Positions 58,614 through 64,000 of a stretch of 64,000 nt of DNA are shown here, in pieces; position 1 is the first letter of the stretch, and every line of letters begins with the position of its first letter. Source of the DNA: Candidatus Bathyarchaeota archaeon (GTDB lineage Archaea > Thermoproteota > Bathyarchaeia > Bathyarchaeales > Bathycorpusculaceae); the NCBI GenBank assembly GCA_963772455.1, contig CAVYXJ010000007.1, positions 384,001-448,000 on the forward strand. Direction: 5' to 3'. A model generated the notes under the pieces. It saw only the letters and a program-made list of their open reading frames with translations, did not search any database and was not told the DNA's origin. The translations under genes and the position numbers were made by a program.

Positions 58614-60419
58614 ATGAAGCGAAAGCATGCAATCCTCTTGATTATATCTTTTTCTTTACTTGCCATTTTGCCAGCTGTTTTGCCATCTGGAATTGTATCA
58701 GCTCAAACAAGTGGTTACACAATTGATAAAGTTGATCACCAGATTCAAATCATGTATTCGGGACACGTAGTAATTCTAGACACCATCCATGTTTCAGGAC
58801 AGGTAACTGATGGCTTTATGATTGGTCTACCCTACAAGTACGGCACCAATTTACTCAAGGGAATAGCATACGACGAAACGCACACTTATCAAATGAATTT
58901 AGGAGTTCAACTGGGTGAAACCAGTGGACTTTATGGTGCAACAGTGGATTTCAAAGGAAACACCCCGAATGTTTTCACAGTTGCTTTTGTCCTATCCAAT
59001 CAACTCATCACTGAACAAGAGAGCAGCGTTGACACTCTTGATTTTCCAGCTTACCCCAGCTTAGCCAAAAATGTTGGAACTTGTAATGTTACAATCACTT
59101 TTCCCAGTGCACCTACAACTATAACAATCACCAAAGATGATGGAGTCATTAACAATGCAATTTATACAAAAACAAACCTTCCAGCATTCACAAACTCTCC
59201 AGCTTCAGCTATCTTCCAAGTGCCCAGCGGAACACTACAGTTAGCCTCCATAACCAGTTTAAACCGTGAAATAACAATAGAACCAACAGGTAAAATAAAC
59301 GTAGAAGATAACTATCGAATAACCAGCAACTCCTCAACTACTCTAAAAGCGTTCGTTGTAAGTTTACCATTCGACGCTTCTAATATAATAATAAGGGATG
59401 CATTTGGAAAAGCGTTAGTTACCGACCTTGCTTATTCCGCAACTGGCAACATTTTTCTCGCTAACTCAACTCTACAAACATTTTTGACCAGTGGACAATC
59501 AACAACTCTAATTGCGCAATACACAGTAACCGGTGCAACATTACAAAACTCCAACTACGTTCTATCGGATTTTAAACTCTTTCCAAACTTCGCTTACGTC
59601 GTCAACAAAGCAACCATAACATTTACACCCCCAGAAGGAGCAACAATCACTAGTCCACAAGCAGTATCTCTCGATTCGTCTTCAACCTTGACAAGGCAAA
59701 CGTACCAAGACATCCTTACAATAACAAAAGAAAGCTTAAGCTACGTAGATTACCTTGTACCTCAACAAAACTCAATCCAACTATCCTTTGATTACAATCC
59801 AGTGTGGGTTTCTTTGAGACCTACCTTTTGGGCATTAATTATAGCATCTGTTGGATGCATAACCATCTTTTTTGTTAGAAGACATCAACCTAAAGAAGAA
59901 ACATACGCAGATAAAACTGAACGATTAAAAAGACTTGAAACTGAAACTAAAACCATAACACAGACAAAAGAAGTTGAACCAAAAACAGATCAAATTATTT
60001 CTGCAGATGCCATAAGAGAGTTCATCGACGCTTATGAAGACAAGAAAGAGTTAACCTCTGAACTAAAATCGATGGATTCAAAAGCGCAGAAAGGAAAGAT
60101 ACCAAGACGCCAATATAAAGTACAAAAAAGCGCTATAGAGACACGTTTACAAATCATAAACAGAAACATTAAAAGAACAAAAGAAAACTTCAAAGGTACA
60201 ACCGGCGGGTATGCAGATTTAGCTAAACAACTAGATTTGGCAGAGTCAGATTTAGATGAAGCTGAAGAAAACATCAAAACCTTGGAATCACGACAAAGCA
60301 AAGGAGAGATTTCACTTGAAATGTACAAGAAAAACATTGGCGACTACAGAAAACAACGAGATAAAGCTGAATCAGCCATCAATGGAATCTTGCTTAGATT
60401 ACGTGAAAAAATACGTTAA
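58614..60419 (+). CDS. Ribophorin-I/Ost1-like membrane protein
   Basis: Signal peptide, two beta-rich repeats (ITSLNREITIEPTGKINVEDNY), TM after YNPVWVSLRP, cytoplasmic helical tail. Confidence 0.6.
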   Translation: MKRKHAILLIISFSLLAILPAVLPSGIVSAQTSGYTIDKVDHQIQIMYSGHVVILDTIHVSGQVTDGFMIGLPYKYGTNLLKGIAYDETHTYQMNLGVQLGETSGLYGATVDFKGNTPNVFTVAFVLSNQLITEQESSVDTLDFPAYPSLAKNVGTCNVTITFPSAPTTITITKDDGVINNAIYTKTNLPAFTNSPASAIFQVPSGTLQLASITSLNREITIEPTGKINVEDNYRITSNSSTTLKAFVVSLPFDASNIIIRDAFGKALVTDLAYSATGNIFLANSTLQTFLTSGQSTTLIAQYTVTGATLQNSNYVLSDFKLFPNFAYVVNKATITFTPPEGATITSPQAVSLDSSSTLTRQTYQDILTITKESLSYVDYLVPQQNSIQLSFDYNPVWVSLRPTFWALIIASVGCITIFFVRRHQPKEETYADKTERLKRLETETKTITQTKEVEPKTDQIISADAIREFIDAYEDKKELTSELKSMDSKAQKGKIPRRQYKVQKSAIETRLQIINRNIKRTKENFKGTTGGYADLAKQLDLAESDLDEAEENIKTLESRQSKGEISLEMYKKNIGDYRKQRDKAESAINGILLRLREKIR

Positions 60420-60486
60420 AACACCTAAACCCTTTTATTTTACTGATCAACTTTTGGAGTAAAATATCCTAGAGGTAAGACAAAAA

Positions 60487-60666
60487 ATGGTAAAAATAGT
60501 TGTCGATCCTAAATGCACTGGATGCGAGACTTGTGTCAACACTTGCCCTGTCGGTGTATATGAAATCAAAGCCGGCAAATCAGTACCTAGCAAGTCAAGT
60601 GAATGCTTGGTTTGTAGAGCTTGTGAAGCACAATGTCCTGAAGGTGCAATTCAGGTAATCGAATAA
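60487..60666 (+). CDS. 2x[4Fe-4S] ferredoxin (59 aa, not in ORF track)
   Basis: CTGCETCVNTCP and CLVCRACEAQCP; GAGGT SD. Confidence 0.93.
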   Translation: MVKIVVDPKCTGCETCVNTCPVGVYEIKAGKSVPSKSSECLVCRACEAQCPEGAIQVIE

Positions 60667-60797
60667 ACCAAAGTTTTGTGATTAATCTCTCCCTAATGTG
60701 AGAGAGTTTTCCCTTTTATTAGTAAAAATTTTTTCGCAAAAACAATTTTTGGAATCCCAAAGACTACGGATTTATATAATTAGAAAGCAGAAGCTTT

Positions 60798-60908
60798 TTA
60801 ATCTTCGATATTTAACAGAAATTCGACTATCCTGGCGAGCTGTTTTGCAGTTGCACCATCAAGGATTTGCTCGTCCTCTAAGTTTATGAGCGATTTATCG
60901 GTTTGCAT
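60798..60908 (-). CDS. Putative 36-aa acidic small protein
   Basis: MQTDKSLINLEDEQILDGATAKQLARIVEFLLNIED*; palindromes upstream. Confidence 0.35.
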   Translation of the reverse strand: MQTDKSLINLEDEQILDGATAKQLARIVEFLLNIED

Positions 60909-61144
60909 AGTCTTTCTAATAGCCACTTTTGTTATAACAATATCTCTGGTATTTACTTCGAAGTTCGAAGTAGCAGAAAATAAAAATTTGAAGTTTATAC
61001 CTTTTCATGTTAATTCATCAACATTGGCTTAACATAATAACATATCAATTTGAATTAAAAACATATAAGACTGGATTTTTATGTAAAAAATACCCTGATT
61101 AAAAAAAGCAAAAGTTATATGCTAAAACCCAATAGATTTTGATT

Positions 61145-61420
61145 ATGCCAGACAAAGTACACTGTTGCCACATATTAGTCAAAACAGAAACCGAAGCAAA
61201 AAACGCCAAGGCCCGCCTAGACAAAGGCGAAAAATTTGGCGCTGTTGCACAACAAGTCTCTCTTTGCCCATCAGGAAAGAAAGGCGGAGACCTCGGCACT
61301 TTTACTAGAGGTAAAATGGTTAAGGAATTTGAGAAAGCTGCTTTCGAACTTGAAAAAGGACAAACTTCCGTTCCAGTTAAGACCAAATTCGGGTACCACA
61401 TAATAAAAAGAATAGAATAA
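61145..61420 (+). CDS. ppiC: Parvulin-type peptidyl-prolyl isomerase
   Basis: HILVK, SLCPS..KGGDLG.F..G.MVKEFE, VKTKFGYHII. Confidence 0.92.
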   Translation: MPDKVHCCHILVKTETEAKNAKARLDKGEKFGAVAQQVSLCPSGKKGGDLGTFTRGKMVKEFEKAAFELEKGQTSVPVKTKFGYHIIKRIE

Positions 61421-61499
61421 AATAATTACAAAAGCTAAAGCTACATTGAAAAGGAATTTCTAATTCACACATTATTACCTACCAGTAAAGGAAAGAAAA

Positions 61500-62249
61500 G
61501 TGAGACCCTTAAATTTTCAGCTCTTCAAGACTGAATTACCGTTATTTTTAGCTTGCTTAGTAGCACTTTTAGGTTTTTTGTTTGTAACAATTTTTAGGGT
61601 AAACTTTCATTCAGTTGATGTAGGTGTTAACCTATGGATTCCAACAATACAATCAATTACTTTAACATTTTTTGCCAAAGGAATCGCCCTAATTTTTGAC
61701 ACTATTAGCCTTGTAATAATTTCTCTGGTAATATCGAGTGTTTTATTCTTGAAGAATTTCAAAGTACAGGGTCTTCTGCTTCTAGGATCAATGGGCGGCG
61801 ATGCCTTGATTGTTTCAGTCTTTAAAACCTTGATACACATTGAAAGACCGACAAATGGAGTTTACTTCAATGCAGGTTTTTCATATCCAAGCGGTCATAG
61901 TGCAAGTTGTATAGTTTTTGGAGGGGTCCTTGCTTATTTTGCTTGGCGACACTGGCAAAGTATGCGTTCGAAAAGTCTGATTAGTGTAGGTTTGGGGTTT
62001 ATTATTGGGGTTGTGGGTTTTGATAGAGTTTATTTGAATGTTCATTGGTTTAGCGATGTTATTGGCGGTTGGTTAGTTGGAGCTTTTTGGCTGTTATTCA
62101 TTATTTTGATTTTCCGACATTTGAACACAAAAAGAAAAATTCAATATTACAAATTCAACCTAATTACAAACATAGTGTTTGGCTTGGCGGTAGTAACTTC
62201 TGTTTTAATTATTGTTTTGGATATTTTTGGTTTTTCCATGTTTTTTTAA
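61500..62249 (+). CDS. PAP2-family membrane phosphatase
   Basis: K......RP, SYPSGHS, RVYLNVHWFSDV. Confidence 0.9.
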   Translation: MRPLNFQLFKTELPLFLACLVALLGFLFVTIFRVNFHSVDVGVNLWIPTIQSITLTFFAKGIALIFDTISLVIISLVISSVLFLKNFKVQGLLLLGSMGGDALIVSVFKTLIHIERPTNGVYFNAGFSYPSGHSASCIVFGGVLAYFAWRHWQSMRSKSLISVGLGFIIGVVGFDRVYLNVHWFSDVIGGWLVGAFWLLFIILIFRHLNTKRKIQYYKFNLITNIVFGLAVVTSVLIIVLDIFGFSMFF

Positions 62250-62330
62250 TTATTAGAGACATATCTTGTAAAAAAACACATTAATATTGATAAATGACTC
62301 GCAACATAACATCTTGGAGAGAGAAAGATC

Positions 62331-64000
62331 ATGACTATTGTACGAGACCCCGTTTGTGGAATGGATGTAGATACAGAAAATGCCCTTAGTGCGAAAATAG
62401 GCGATCGTACATACTACTTCTGCAGCCAACAATGCCTCGATGTCTACACTGCACCCGAACGAGAACTAAAAGCAATGCAACGTCGAGTAGCATTCACTCT
62501 AGCGGGTGCTATAGCTGCTCTGGGACTCAAAGTAATCACACTTTTCGGTCTAATTGCAACAATAATGTATTTTGAAGTAGTAGGTGGACTTCGAATTTAT
62601 GACATAGCCATATTCATTGTTTCAACACCAATTGTTTGGATCGCAGGCTATAGAATTTACAAAGGAGCTTTTCAATCTCTTAAAAATCGCAACATAAACA
62701 TGGATGTACTAGTGACCGTTGGAGTTCTAGCAGGCTGGATTTACGGAATTCTAAACGTCTTCGTTCTACCTTCAGCTGAAGCTGGAACAGGTTACATGGA
62801 AGTAGCCATCGGCATCCTCGCATTTGTTTTACTTGGTCGATACATCGAAGAATTAATTCGACGTCGCTCAGCTGCCTCAATACGCAAACTGCTCGAACTT
62901 CAACCAACAATGGCACGTGTTGTCAGAGACGGAAAAGAAATCGATATGCCTATTGATGAAGTGAAGGTAGGCGACGTAATTATAGTTAAACCAGGAGAAA
63001 AAATCCCCGTCGACGGCACTGTAACTGAAGGGTATTCGTCGGTTGATGAAAAATTGTTGACTGGAGAGAGCATTCCTGTAGAGAAAATTGTAGGAAGCGA
63101 AGTTGTAGGTGCAACAATCAACAAAACAGGTATCTTAACAATAAATGCTACAAGAGTCGGAGACGAAACTGCATTATCACAAATCGTTCATTTGGTGGAA
63201 GAAGCGCAATCTTCAAGTGCCCCTGTGCAGAGATTCGCTGACCGTATAGTAAAATATTTTGTCCCTACAATTTTGACAGTTGCTGCAGTCTCATTTACCT
63301 ATTGGTATATTACCACAGGCAACTTTGCAACAGCATTTCTAGCTTTGTTAGCTGTTGTCCTAATTTCTTGCCCATGTGCTTTAGGCATAGCAACTCCGAC
63401 AGCAATCCTTGCAGGTGTCGGAAAAGGAGCAGAATATGGTGTATTACTTCGAAGTGGTGAATATGTTGAGAAAGCACGAAAACTTACAACCGTTATTTTC
63501 GACAAAACAGGAACACTAACAAAAGGAGAACCTAGCGTAACCGACATCAAAACCTACTTCGGATTCACCCAGCAAGATGTACTTAAGTTTGCGGGTTCTG
63601 CTGAAAAGAATTCAGAGCACCCATTAGCCGAAGCGATATTAAAGAAAACTCTAGAAGAAAACATAACTCTCGCAATAGCCGACAAGTTTGAAGCACTCCC
63701 GGGAAAAGGAATCCAATGTACGATAGAAGACAAGATTGTGTTTTTGGGAAACAGAAAACTAATGCAGGAAAAGAATATTTCAACAAATGATATGGAAAGC
63801 GATTTTTCAACATTGGAAACTGAAGGAAAAACCGTAATGATACTTGCGGTTAACGGTAAAATAGTAGGTGCAGTAGCAGCTATGGATACAGTAAAAGAAA
63901 GTGCTGCCCCAGCTGTCGAGTTGCTCAAGAACATGAATTTGGAAGTTGCAATGTTAACAGGCGACAACGAAATCACGGCACAAGCAATTGCTAAACAAGT
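62331..64000 (+). CDS. copA: Heavy-metal P1B-type ATPase (CopA-like) with N-terminal YHS/TRASH domain, truncated by window edge
   Basis: DPVCGM...[41 protein letters not shown]; not in ORF track. Confidence 0.9.
   Translation, partial: MTIVRDPVCGMDVDTENALSAKIGDRTYYFCSQQCLDVYTAPERELKAMQRRVAFTLAGAIAALGLKVITLFGLIATIMYFEVVGGLRIYDIAIFIVSTPIVWIAGYRIYKGAFQSLKNRNINMDVLVTVGVLAGWIYGILNVFVLPSAEAGTGYMEVAIGILAFVLLGRYIEELIRRRSAASIRKLLELQPTMARVVRDGKEIDMPIDEVKVGDVIIVKPGEKIPVDGTVTEGYSSVDEKLLTGESIPVEKIVGSEVVGATINKTGILTINATRVGDETALSQIVHLVEEAQSSSAPVQRFADRIVKYFVPTILTVAAVSFTYWYITTGNFATAFLALLAVVLISCPCALGIATPTAILAGVGKGAEYGVLLRSGEYVEKARKLTTVIFDKTGTLTKGEPSVTDIKTYFGFTQQDVLKFAGSAEKNSEHPLAEAILKKTLEENITLAIADKFEALPGKGIQCTIEDKIVFLGNRKLMQEKNISTNDMESDFSTLETEGKTVMILAVNGKIVGAVAAMDTVKESAAPAVELLKNMNLEVAMLTGDNEITAQAIAKQ

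Noticed and set aside
62680-63976. Several minus-strand ORFs in the track
   Set aside because: Antisense shadows of the plus-strand copA; most other short overlapping ORFs in the track were dismissed for the same reason

Overview
Gene-dense archaeal chromosomal segment. The gene set (TFE-alpha, aMBF1, NAC, Trm56, archaeal-type ThrRS, PAC2, CTP-dependent riboflavin kinase, ADP-forming acetyl-CoA synthetase, ribophorin-I-like protein) suggests TACK, probably Bathyarchaeia; this is an inference. Main blocks: EndoQ and hypA/Mrp-type hypB; a sugar-phosphate cluster (pgk, bacterial-type class I gap, GT4 glycosyltransferase, glpX, DUF2090 aldolase, two regulators); tRNA-Arg(CCG) followed by a ~3.6 kb islet ending in tRNA 3' remnants; an iron/redox/stress cluster with a twin palindromic operator; alaA-like, ilvE, thrS; fluoride riboswitch-crcB; the conserved NAC/PUA/MBF1/hflX/trm56/tfe cluster; tRNA-Val(UAC); redox and membrane genes; ino1; a his operon; initiator tRNA-Met; a ribophorin-I-like gene; ferredoxin; parvulin; a partial copA. 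Two C/D-box sRNA candidates and several small ORFs absent from the ORF track were found. Seven apparent frameshifts (ilvE, thrS x2, PQQ protein x2, hisB, hisC) look like sequencing errors, so single-base oddities must be treated cautiously. No CRISPR array, integrase or transposase was seen. All family calls come from motif recognition by eye, not database searches.
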